Shown one piece after another: positions 9,937 to 18,659 of a DNA stretch of 64,000 nucleotides. The number at the start of each line of letters is the position of its first letter. Within the stretch, counting starts at the first letter, position 1. Under the pieces are notes generated by a model. It saw only the letters and a program-made list of their open reading frames with translations. It ran no database searches and was not told the DNA's origin. Location of the stretch: contig JBJMOW010000005.1 in the NCBI GenBank assembly GCA_045803545.1, positions 288,001 through 352,000 on the forward strand, in the 5' to 3' direction. The stretch comes from Gemmatimonadaceae bacterium (GTDB taxonomy: Bacteria > Gemmatimonadota > Gemmatimonadetes > Gemmatimonadales > Gemmatimonadaceae). Position numbers and translations under genes: made by a program.

Positions 9937-11276
9937 CGTTGAAACTTCGGCGCGAAGTCAATAGAAGCTGGAAGCCTTAGTCCGAGCGAGCCGACGAGAG
10001 CAGCGGTGGAGATGAAGCCCACGACTCGCCCCACGAAGTAGGCGATGGCGGCGCCCAGCACGCCGAGAGACGGAATCATCACCATTGCGGCACCGAGAAT
10101 TGCCAGGTCTCTCGGCACATTGATCAGCAGAATGCTCCGCCAGATTTTTTGATGAGCGAGAATCACCTGGCTCGTCGCAATCGTTAAAGACTCGGGAATA
10201 CAGGCCGCCAACAACCATAGAAGCGCCGGATAACCGCTTGCGAACGAAGGTCCATACAGGCCTAACAGCAGATTCCCAAACAGCGCCACCAGGATGGCAC
10301 CGACGCTGACAACGGCCAGCGTAGCACCCATGTTGTGCCAATACATTTTGCGATATTGGTCGGCATCACGGGCGCCAAGTAAATTATTCATGAGCGTCAT
10401 TCCAACGTTATTAGCTACGCTCGGCAGGAATAGTACGACCGCCATGAGGTTGTACGCTGCGCCGTAAACGCCCACCGCCGGTAGCCCGGCAGGGCTGCGT
10501 GCGAGTAGCGCCTGCAATACCCACAGCGCCCCAATCGATGTAAACCCGCCCAGGAATCCCGGGATTACCCAGCGAGTTATGATCGACTTGTTCTCCGCAA
10601 CGCCAGACCGGCGCGGTGTTAGCTGGCTTCTCCGCAGCGCTCTCCGAAAGACGAGCATGAGGATTATCGTTTGCGCTGCGCCACTGGCAGCGAGGGCAAT
10701 GACCGCACCCTTTAGGCCGAAGAAATAGCCGCCGATAGCGGAGATAGCGACGTAAAGAAAACCGGCGAGGACATTTGCCCAACCCAGCGCATCGAACCGT
10801 TCGAGGCCTGCCAGCGCACCAATGAAATAGCCGTTGAGGACGAAAAAAAAGACCGCAACGCCGGCAATGCGAAAAGGAACGGCAAGCTCTGGCTTGTGGA
10901 AAATAAAGGCCGCAATCGCGTCCCCGCCGCCGCTGAGGAGAGCGCCGGTGAGGGCCGCGGAGAGAACCGCCACGCAGATTGTAAATCCAATAATGCGTTC
11001 GGCACGCGCCGGATTCGAAGCTCTGTACTCCGCCACATAGCGGGTCGCCGTGGAACCCATTCCCAGCGAGGCCAGCTGCGCGGCAGCCTGGACTGTGCCA
11101 AGCGCAACAGCGTAGCCACCGAACCCGCTGCGCCCGAGCAGGTTGGCGAGAAGCAGGTTTGCGACAAGGGTACTGCCTTGATTGAAGGCAACGGCAATTG
11201 TATTCCACAGGAGACCGCTGCCAAATCGCCGCATTAGTGTGCGAGGTTCAGCCTGAGGATTCGTAACCCACCTCAC
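9933..11276 (-). CDS. wzx: Wzx oligosaccharide flippase (start may be at MRRFG, 11234)
   Basis: Hydrophobic MOP-family protein: LLG..GFGGY, LGM..TATRYVA, VGVYGAA, LYGPSF, LGVLGAAIA. Confidence 0.85.
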   Translation of the reverse strand: MRWVTNPQAEPRTLMRRFGSGLLWNTIAVAFNQGSTLVANLLLANLLGRSGFGGYAVALGTVQAAAQLASLGMGSTATRYVAEYRASNPARAERIIGFTICVAVLSAALTGALLSGGGDAIAAFIFHKPELAVPFRIAGVAVFFFVLNGYFIGALAGLERFDALGWANVLAGFLYVAISAIGGYFFGLKGAVIALAASGAAQTIILMLVFRRALRRSQLTPRRSGVAENKSIITRWVIPGFLGGFTSIGALWVLQALLARSPAGLPAVGVYGAAYNLMAVVLFLPSVANNVGMTLMNNLLGARDADQYRKMYWHNMGATLAVVSVGAILVALFGNLLLGLYGPSFASGYPALLWLLAACIPESLTIATSQVILAHQKIWRSILLINVPRDLAILGAAMVMIPSLGVLGAAIAYFVGRVVGFISTAALVGSLGLRLPASIDFAPKFQR

Positions 11277-11312
11277 ACGCGGTCCTTCGAACTGGATGAT
11301 TGCCGATGTGGT

Positions 11313-12260
11313 CTAGCGCGTCACGTCGCGATTTTGTTCAGCGACGACTGTTATTCCCGCATCCTGGACATCCATTCGGACAATGTCCAAGCCGGCTTCC
11401 TCACACCAACGTCTGACGTCTGCCGGGGTTTGACGATGGCAGTTGAGTGGACGAAACCAATCGAAGTTGATGTGATTCATCTCGTCGAGCGAGAACTCCG
11501 ATCTATAATACATCTTGCAGATGTTCCAGTAAAAGAAACGCTGGAGATTCTGGCGCCCCGCCTTGATCCCCAAGAAGGGAATATCCTCCGGCACATCCAG
11601 CTCGACGTCGAGCTTACCCAGCTCGACTCCGAGCTTCGTGAGCGGCATCAACGCCTCCCAGGCTTCCTCATCGCTCAGTGGATGGAGCGCCTCGCGCACC
11701 ACGTCGTCCGTAAACTCGCGGATCACGGCCTTCTTCGCGTAAACATAGAAAAGGAAGAGCCCGCCTTTACGAAGCTTGGAACTCAAGGCCTTTAACGCGC
11801 CTTCCGTACTATCGGTGTGGTGTAGAACACCTTCGCTGAAGATTATGTCCACGATCCCGTCTTCGACCGGGATGTCGAGCAGGTCGCGCTTCATGAATGT
11901 CGCCGGATATCCCGCCTCTTCGAAGCGGCTGGCTGCCACGTCGACGGCGTCTGAGATGTCGACACCGATGTAATTGTGTGCCTTCAGTCGCTCGCCGAAG
12001 AAAAGCATTGCGCTGAAACCAGCCCCGCAGCCCGCGTCGAGGATGGTTTTCGGATCACCGGCCAACCAGTTGTCGAGCACGTGCTCGTCGCCGCCGCAAT
12101 ACCGTTCGAATAACCATGCGCGGGCTGCTGCCTGCATCGCCTCTGATTCGTACGTCTCGCGTCGCGCCCACTTGTACCCGAACGTCGATTCCGTTTGGCG
12201 CTGTGCAGGAGAAACTGTGCGCTCAGACGCCGCTGGTGAGCGCGGCAGCTCGCCATTCAT
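11313..12260 (-). CDS. Class I SAM-dependent methyltransferase
   Basis: Start taken at MNGELP (12260). TFGYKW, ILDAGCGAG, GVLHHT, FDWFRP. Confidence 0.85.
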   Translation of the reverse strand: MNGELPRSPAASERTVSPAQRQTESTFGYKWARRETYESEAMQAAARAWLFERYCGGDEHVLDNWLAGDPKTILDAGCGAGFSAMLFFGERLKAHNYIGVDISDAVDVAASRFEEAGYPATFMKRDLLDIPVEDGIVDIIFSEGVLHHTDSTEGALKALSSKLRKGGLFLFYVYAKKAVIREFTDDVVREALHPLSDEEAWEALMPLTKLGVELGKLDVELDVPEDIPFLGIKAGRQNLQRFFYWNICKMYYRSEFSLDEMNHINFDWFRPLNCHRQTPADVRRWCEEAGLDIVRMDVQDAGITVVAEQNRDVTR

Positions 12261-12271
12261 TTCTGGTAAAC

Positions 12272-12853
12272 TCACTCCGAAGATCCAGGTGCGTCGTAAA
12301 TGAGGTCGACGTGTCCGTCCTTCACCTCGACCCTGCCCACGACGCGACACGTAGAGCCGTAAGCAATTGAGTAGTCGTCGATGTTCTTATTCACGATCGA
12401 GTTGGCGCCAATCACGCAATGCCGTCCGATGCGAATGCCCTTGCCAACGATTGTCATTGGGCCGAGATACGTACTGTCGCCGATGGAAACTGGCGCCCGC
12501 TCATACTCGGCCTGACCGGAAGATACGGCCCACTTCACCGAATCGTGCGAGTAGATCTGGACGCCGGCCGAGATCGAACAAAAACTTCCGATAACAAGAC
12601 CGCCAGACCCGTCGAGCACGGTGAAAGGGCCGATCCAGGTTTGTCGGCCGACGGTCACGTCGCCGATGATTACGCAACTGTCGTAGATGCTTGTGCCGTC
12701 CCCAAAGCCGAGGAAGCGCGCCCTCTCCCACCGGTCGACGATTCCGTCACCGAACGGCAGCGATCGGTTCCAGTCCTCTCGAAGCTCTCGTTGACGCTGC
12801 CAATGGAATCGCTCCAACTCGGCCTTGAGCCCGGCGACCCCCCTTTCACTCAT
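12272..12853 (-). CDS. Hexapeptide-repeat (left-handed beta-helix) acyltransferase
   Basis: IGDVTVG, IGSFCSIS, IGDSTYLG, IGRHCVIGANS repeats. Confidence 0.88.
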   Translation of the reverse strand: MSERGVAGLKAELERFHWQRQRELREDWNRSLPFGDGIVDRWERARFLGFGDGTSIYDSCVIIGDVTVGRQTWIGPFTVLDGSGGLVIGSFCSISAGVQIYSHDSVKWAVSSGQAEYERAPVSIGDSTYLGPMTIVGKGIRIGRHCVIGANSIVNKNIDDYSIAYGSTCRVVGRVEVKDGHVDLIYDAPGSSE

Positions 12854-14064
12854 GACTGAAGGTTCGGCACGAAAACCCGAGCGGGTGAAGCCACATATCG
12901 GCGCGCAAACTGGGTGCGGAGTTCCTTCACGACCGTCTCCGCCTCGGCGTCGGTCATCCCCGCAAAAAGCGGCAGCGTGAGCGAAAGCCGTTCGGCGAGA
13001 AAGGCATTTGGAAAATCAGATGGCTTTATTGCGTACTTCTCCGCGTAATAGTGGAGATGGGGAGGCGCGTGAGTGCCCTGCCGTGTGATAATCCCCTTCT
13101 CTTCGAGATCCCCCATGATCTGATTGCGCGTGTCGAACAGCTGTTCGCAGTTCGTCAGATCGGGTTCCTCTGGCTGAAACAGGCATACGTAAGACTGATA
13201 GCCGTGGACATAATCAGCGTGGCTGAGTGGCAGTTGCAGCCACTCCACACCGTCGAGCAGGTCGTCGTAACGCGCGGCACCTTCTCGACGCGACTTCATG
13301 ATCGCTGCGGACTTGGCCATCTGCGACACGCCGAGCGCGCCCTGTATGTCCGTCATGCGGTAGTTGTAACCGAGATGGCGATACTCAGCCAGCAGGAACG
13401 AATACTTCTGAGTATGCCTTTCAAGGTCGGAACGGCTTGCGCCGTGGTCGCGTAGAGTCCGGCACAATGACGCGAGCCGGTCGTCGTCGGTGATGATCAT
13501 TCCTCCCTCTCCGGTCGTTATTGCCTTTCGCGGATGGAATGAAAAAGCGCCGAATTCACCGAACCTGCCGGTATGCTTGCCGCGATACCAGCTGTCAAAT
13601 GAGCACGCAGCGTCCTCGATGATCCGAAGATTATGTTTGCGCGCGATCTCGAGAATCGGTTCCATGGCGGCTGACAGACCGAACAGGTGCACCGGAATGA
13701 TCGCCCGGGTCCTTGACGTGATTCGCCGCTCGATCTGATCAACGTCGATGTTGAACGTACGCAGATCGACATCGACGAAGATTGGCGTCGCACCGATGAA
13801 CTCGACGCAATTCGCGGTCGCGACCCAGGTAAACGCTGGTACGATCACCTCGTCGCCCGGGCCGATCTCCAGCGCCGCGGTGGAGATCTGAAGTGCGGTG
13901 GTACACGAAGAAGTTGCGATGGCATGCTTTGCGCCCGTCATGTGAGCGAAGCGGTCCTCGAATTCCTTGACGTACTTTCCCTGCACCACCCAGCCGGACT
14001 TCAGAGGTTCCTGGATAATGGCGAGATCTGACTCGTCGAAGACGGCCTTGGTAATTGGGATCAT
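12850..14064 (-). CDS. DegT/DnrJ/EryC1/StrS PLP-dependent sugar aminotransferase
   Basis: SSCTTAL, PGDEVIVP.FT..AT, IEDAA, FSFHPRKAITTGEGG, GYNYRMTD. Confidence 0.95.
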   Translation of the reverse strand: MIPITKAVFDESDLAIIQEPLKSGWVVQGKYVKEFEDRFAHMTGAKHAIATSSCTTALQISTAALEIGPGDEVIVPAFTWVATANCVEFIGATPIFVDVDLRTFNIDVDQIERRITSRTRAIIPVHLFGLSAAMEPILEIARKHNLRIIEDAACSFDSWYRGKHTGRFGEFGAFSFHPRKAITTGEGGMIITDDDRLASLCRTLRDHGASRSDLERHTQKYSFLLAEYRHLGYNYRMTDIQGALGVSQMAKSAAIMKSRREGAARYDDLLDGVEWLQLPLSHADYVHGYQSYVCLFQPEEPDLTNCEQLFDTRNQIMGDLEEKGIITRQGTHAPPHLHYYAEKYAIKPSDFPNAFLAERLSLTLPLFAGMTDAEAETVVKELRTQFARRYVASPARVFVPNLQS

Positions 14065-14071
14065 TCGCTAG

Positions 14072-15964
14072 CTAAGTGGGCGTCTGTCCGTCGAGAAAAA
14101 TCTTGCACCACCACTCGAAGCACAGGAGAGACCAGATTAGGAGTCGCCTGTTTTGAGCACCGGAGAAGTGCTCCTGCATCAGACGCTTCGCTGTTTCCGG
14201 TTGAACGTAGTCGTAGATTCGCGCGCGTTTGTCGAAGAGCAGCTCTTTAATATAGTCGATGCTTTCACCCTTGAACCAACTCGCATCGGGGGCTGAGAAG
14301 CCCTGCTTCAGGCCGTTGGTGTAGTCTTCGGGGACGTAGTTACGCAAAACTTTGCGCAGCACGAGTTTTCCGTCGCCAGTCTCATTGTAATAGCGAAGAG
14401 TCTTCGGTCCAGGCTCGTTTTCATTCAGTCTCACCACTTCATTCAGGTGCCGGAGTTTGTACTTGACCGGAACGCGAAGGGCGAAATCGACGAGATCGTT
14501 GTCGAGAAACGGCACGCGCGTCTCGAGACTATGGGCCATGCTCAACTTGTCCTCGACGACGAGCAGACCGTGGAGAAAAGTCTTGATCTCGAAGTAAAGG
14601 GACTTGTTGACGTAGTCTTCGGGCGAGCTGGCGGCGGCAGTATGCCCGTTGATTACTGAGCGGAAGATGTCCTTGGTGTCGCGAGCGAAAATCTGCTCAT
14701 GCAGCGGCGCGTTGAAGAAACACGGCTTGAGCGCGTCGGGAATGAGGCGTTGCCAGTAATTGTAGTATTTGTCGAGATGATGTTCCGGCGTGTCGTTGAC
14801 GACTGCACGGTAATATCTCCACGGGTAACCGGCGAACAGCTCGTCGCCTCCGGCGCCGGAGAGCACGACTTTCACGAATCGCGACGCCAGCCGCGAAACG
14901 TAGTAATTCGGGTAACTTTGTCCGACGCGTAGATCTTCGAGATGCCAAATCAACTTTGGCATGACGCGCTCCATGTCGCCGGCTTTTAGAACGACCTCAT
15001 AATGCTCCGTCTTGTACTTGTTCGAGAGGAACTCTGCCTTTTGTCGTTCGTCGAATCCAGCCTCCAGGCCGGACGCCGAAGAAACGTCGAACCCACCGGT
15101 AAAGGTTTTCAGATTCGAAAAGTTTCTTCCGGCCACGCACGTCACCGCGCCGGAATCCATTCCTCCACTCAGATAGGAGCCGACCTCGACATCGCTCACC
15201 AGCTGTCGGTTCACGGCCTGATCGAAAAGGCGGTGTAGCTCTTCGACATACTCCGCCTCGGATTTCGTATCTGATTCTGAGAATTCAAAATCCCAGTACC
15301 GCTTTACTGCGAGCGAATTGCGGTCACCCAGCGCAATCGAGAGGGTATGCGCCGCCGGAAGCAGCTTGATCCCATCGAACAGCGTGCGATCTGTAAAAAT
15401 ATTCTGAAACGAGAAATACTCATTCAGCGCAGCGAGGTCGACGCGAGCTGATACGCTCGGGTGACACAAAAGGGATTTGACTTCCGACCCGAATACGAGC
15501 GTGTCGCCGGCGAAGTGGTAATAAAGCGGCTTAATACCGTAGCGGTCACGGGCTATGAACAGGCGATGCCGTTTGTGATCCCAGATCGCAAACGCGAACA
15601 TTCCGTTGAGGCGGCTGACACACTCATCGCCCCACGCGTGGTAAGCGTTGAGCAACACCTCGGTGTCGCCGGTCGATCTGAACTGGTAGCCCTTGGCCTC
15701 CAGCTCCAATCGCAAGTTCTGGAAGTTGTAGATCTCACCGTTGTAGGTGAGAATCACCGCTCCGTCGTTCGATTGCATCGGCTGATGGCCGAGCGGTGAA
15801 AGATCCAGAATGGCGAGGCGCCGATGCCCAAACCCCACAAACGAGGACGTCCATATTCCCTCGCCGTCGGGGCCCCGGTGCAGCACAGCATCCGTCATCC
15901 GCTTGAGAATGCTGACTGAGACGGGCGCGCCGTTGACGTTCAAGACGCCGGTGATGCCGCACAT
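14072..15964 (-). CDS. asnB: Asparagine synthase-type amidotransferase (WbpS-like sugar amidotransferase)
   Basis: Start set at MCGITG (15964) because the Ntn nucleophile Cys must be N-terminal. LSGGMDS, GAGGDELFAGY, LETRVPFLD. Confidence 0.93.
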   Translation of the reverse strand: MCGITGVLNVNGAPVSVSILKRMTDAVLHRGPDGEGIWTSSFVGFGHRRLAILDLSPLGHQPMQSNDGAVILTYNGEIYNFQNLRLELEAKGYQFRSTGDTEVLLNAYHAWGDECVSRLNGMFAFAIWDHKRHRLFIARDRYGIKPLYYHFAGDTLVFGSEVKSLLCHPSVSARVDLAALNEYFSFQNIFTDRTLFDGIKLLPAAHTLSIALGDRNSLAVKRYWDFEFSESDTKSEAEYVEELHRLFDQAVNRQLVSDVEVGSYLSGGMDSGAVTCVAGRNFSNLKTFTGGFDVSSASGLEAGFDERQKAEFLSNKYKTEHYEVVLKAGDMERVMPKLIWHLEDLRVGQSYPNYYVSRLASRFVKVVLSGAGGDELFAGYPWRYYRAVVNDTPEHHLDKYYNYWQRLIPDALKPCFFNAPLHEQIFARDTKDIFRSVINGHTAAASSPEDYVNKSLYFEIKTFLHGLLVVEDKLSMAHSLETRVPFLDNDLVDFALRVPVKYKLRHLNEVVRLNENEPGPKTLRYYNETGDGKLVLRKVLRNYVPEDYTNGLKQGFSAPDASWFKGESIDYIKELLFDKRARIYDYVQPETAKRLMQEHFSGAQNRRLLIWSLLCFEWWCKIFLDGQTPT

Positions 15965-15978
15965 TGCTGGACCTCGAT

Positions 15979-16977
15979 TTACCTGACTGCTACCGAGAGA
16001 GCTCGCTCGGCGACAAGCGCCTTGTGGGAATCTCGCCACTCAATGAGCCGCTCGAGCCCTTCGCGCAGGTCAATTGTCGACCGGAAGCCGATTTCCGTTT
16101 CGGCTTTCCTGGTGCTTCCGATCCGATTAGTGACAAAAGTCTTGCCAGCGGGTTCATACTGGATTGGCAGTCTCGATCCCGTCACCTCCAGAATCAGCTC
16201 GCACAGCTCCTTCAGTGAGGTCCTGGTGCCACTTCCCACGTTGTAGAAAGAGTCGGACGCATCACTCTTGAGCGCGCAGACATTAGCCCTCGCACAGTCG
16301 CTGACGTAGATGAAGTCGTAGGCCTGGGAACCATCGCCGTACAGAATCGGAGACAATCCCTGATCGAGCCGATCAAGAATTTTCATGATGACGGCTATGT
16401 ACGTGCCCTTGTAATCCTGGCGCGCGCCGTAAACGTTCATGTAGCGTAGACCGACGTAGGGTAGTGCGTACCGATCAAAGAAGGCGCGGCACATCGCCTC
16501 GCCCGCGATTTTCGTCGCGCCGTAGAACGTGCGATTGTTGAAGGGATGCTCTTCGGTCATCGGCAGCGCGACCGCGTCTCCATAAACTGACGCCGACGAC
16601 GAATAGACCAGGCGCTCGATCCCCTGCTGCTGACAGGCCTCGAGAACGTTGAACGTCCCTCGAATGTTCACATCGAACGCAACACGAGGAAACTCGTAGC
16701 ATTGCAGCAGCCACAACGCCGCCAGGTGGATTACGTAATCAACCTCGCCGACAGCGCTGCCGAGAATGTCGGTGTGAAGAATGTCGCCACCGACCTCGAA
16801 GACGCGGACGCGTGAATCAGTGAGGGCCTCGTCGAGATTGCCACGTGCGCCGCGGGCAAAATTGTCATAGACGATTACCTCTTTGACATCTTCTTTGAGA
16901 AGCTCGTCGACGACGTGCGATCCGATGAAGCCGGCTCCGCCGATGACGAGCACTTTCTTTCCACGAATATCGGGCAT
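15979..16977 (-). CDS. NAD-dependent nucleotide-sugar epimerase/dehydratase (extended SDR)
   Basis: GGAGFIGS, SSASVYG, YGATK (YxxxK), NVYG. Confidence 0.92.
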   Translation of the reverse strand: MPDIRGKKVLVIGGAGFIGSHVVDELLKEDVKEVIVYDNFARGARGNLDEALTDSRVRVFEVGGDILHTDILGSAVGEVDYVIHLAALWLLQCYEFPRVAFDVNIRGTFNVLEACQQQGIERLVYSSSASVYGDAVALPMTEEHPFNNRTFYGATKIAGEAMCRAFFDRYALPYVGLRYMNVYGARQDYKGTYIAVIMKILDRLDQGLSPILYGDGSQAYDFIYVSDCARANVCALKSDASDSFYNVGSGTRTSLKELCELILEVTGSRLPIQYEPAGKTFVTNRIGSTRKAETEIGFRSTIDLREGLERLIEWRDSHKALVAERALSVAVR

Positions 16978-17111
16978 CGATCTTGTTGGGTTGCTCTCTC
17001 ACAAGCGCAGAAACTGACGTCGTTCTGCGAGGAGCTTGGCAAACTACCGGCGCGCAGAACGAGAGTCAACGCAGCGCACGGTCGCGTGTTTTTTCGTGAG
17101 CTAACGCAAGC

Positions 17112-18659
17112 TCAGTTCGGGAAGGGCTGCGTCGTGGCGGGAATCGGGCGCATGGCTTCGGAGCCGAGCCCCATCTCGGTCAGGAAGCTACCCAGTGTAG
17201 CGAGTCCGCGAGGGCTCAATCCGTGCCGCGGTGCATCGTCGAGAAAGACCCGATATCGCTTGCCGACGTCAGACTGAGCGAGTCGTCGCAGGTATTTGAT
17301 CCACTCGTTGTCATTGGTGAACATGTAGCAGCAGACGTCGTTCTGACTGTAAAAAAAGAACGCCGCGCGCCGGCCAGCAGCTAGCATGATGTCGGTCGGC
17401 GTGACCTGATCGTAGAGAAAATTGTGGTTTTCATAATGCGGCGTTACGCGACTGAAGGCAGTGCTGTCGAGCAGGGTCGAAAATGGCGACCCGCCGGCAA
17501 TGTTCACCGAGATGTCTATGCGCGGGTCCATGGCCGCGTAAGTGTAAGCGCTCCAGCCGCCGCCGCTTCTGCCCATCAGCATTAAGGTCGGTCGGACGAC
17601 ACCGTCTCTCACCGCGTCCTTCTCGATCATGTCGGTCACTGAGACGAGCGGGATCAGAAAATCCCTCAACGCGCTGGAATCGCGCCGATCATACATGGCG
17701 AAGCTGTCGTGTTCGTAAAGCGGATACTGCCGATCGACCTCGTTGATGCCTTCGAGCGGCATATCCAGAGAGATCACCTGCCATCCGTGCTGAAGGAGCC
17801 AGTCGATGACGTCTGCTGCGACCGTGATTGCCGTTCCGCCATGGCCTTCGTGATAGATGGCGTAGCGGCCGCGAATGTGATCAGGTCGTGAGTACCACGA
17901 CACCCGGCTAAAAATCCCTGGGTCGATCTTGACGAGGTACGACTTAATGACCGCCTCGGTCTTCACATTGCCGCCATACGGAATGTTGACCTCACTCACG
18001 CGATTGAGGTCTTGACGTATGACCTGTCTCAAATCCTCACTCCCCCACACTGCTCGATTCAGAACACGGGTCACGGTCTCCGCACTTGGTCTGTAATCGT
18101 TGGCGGAAAAAACGCTTCCGTAGGACCTATTAAGCGAAAGCGCGATTCCCCCCGCGGTGTATCGACAATTCGGCAGCGGCGCGTCAAGGTTGACTGCTTC
18201 CCCTCCGCAGCGAAGGTCGCTGGTTAGTATGCCGTACTTTGGAAGCGCAGCCAGAAAGGCTCGTTCGGTGCAGATAAGGCCGACGCCGTAGCCGCAGTCG
18301 GTACGCACTCGCGGTTTCTCGATGACGGTGACGCTGGAGTAGTCACCGTTCTTCGTGTGCACCGTGAGCTGAAACTGATATGTAGCTCCGTTGTCCAGGG
18401 AGTCTACCGCCATGTAGTTGACAGACGTCGGCAACGCCACCGTCCATGTGCTGTCGCGCATCTTTCTCCAGCGGACGATATAGAGTGCGTCCCGCTGGAT
18501 GCTCCAGGTCAGGAACACCTCGCGATCCTGAGGAGCCGTGTTAAGAATGATGGCGGGCGCACCATCGGGCACGGACTGCGCGTCAACGGGCCTTTGCGTC
18601 GAGCAAAGCAGTAGGACGGTCCCCGCTGCTGCTAGCCCATAACGGACCCTTCGACTCAC
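17112..18659 (-). CDS. Secreted protein: FN3-like domain plus alpha/beta-hydrolase (putative esterase)
   Basis: Signal peptide ending VDA-Q; LTW..YIVRW..LDNGATYQFQL FN3 pattern; HEGHGG, GRSGGG nucleophile elbow, DPRI. Confidence 0.6.
   Translation of the reverse strand: MSRRVRYGLAAAGTVLLLCSTQRPVDAQSVPDGAPAIILNTAPQDREVFLTWSIQRDALYIVRWRKMRDSTWTVALPTSVNYMAVDSLDNGATYQFQLTVHTKNGDYSSVTVIEKPRVRTDCGYGVGLICTERAFLAALPKYGILTSDLRCGGEAVNLDAPLPNCRYTAGGIALSLNRSYGSVFSANDYRPSAETVTRVLNRAVWGSEDLRQVIRQDLNRVSEVNIPYGGNVKTEAVIKSYLVKIDPGIFSRVSWYSRPDHIRGRYAIYHEGHGGTAITVAADVIDWLLQHGWQVISLDMPLEGINEVDRQYPLYEHDSFAMYDRRDSSALRDFLIPLVSVTDMIEKDAVRDGVVRPTLMLMGRSGGGWSAYTYAAMDPRIDISVNIAGGSPFSTLLDSTAFSRVTPHYENHNFLYDQVTPTDIMLAAGRRAAFFFYSQNDVCCYMFTNDNEWIKYLRRLAQSDVGKRYRVFLDDAPRHGLSPRGLATLGSFLTEMGLGSEAMRPIPATTQPFPN

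Noticed and set aside
10843..10850. A8 tract in wzx as a phase-variation site
   Set aside because: Short, in frame, and simply encodes a Phe run in a TM helix.
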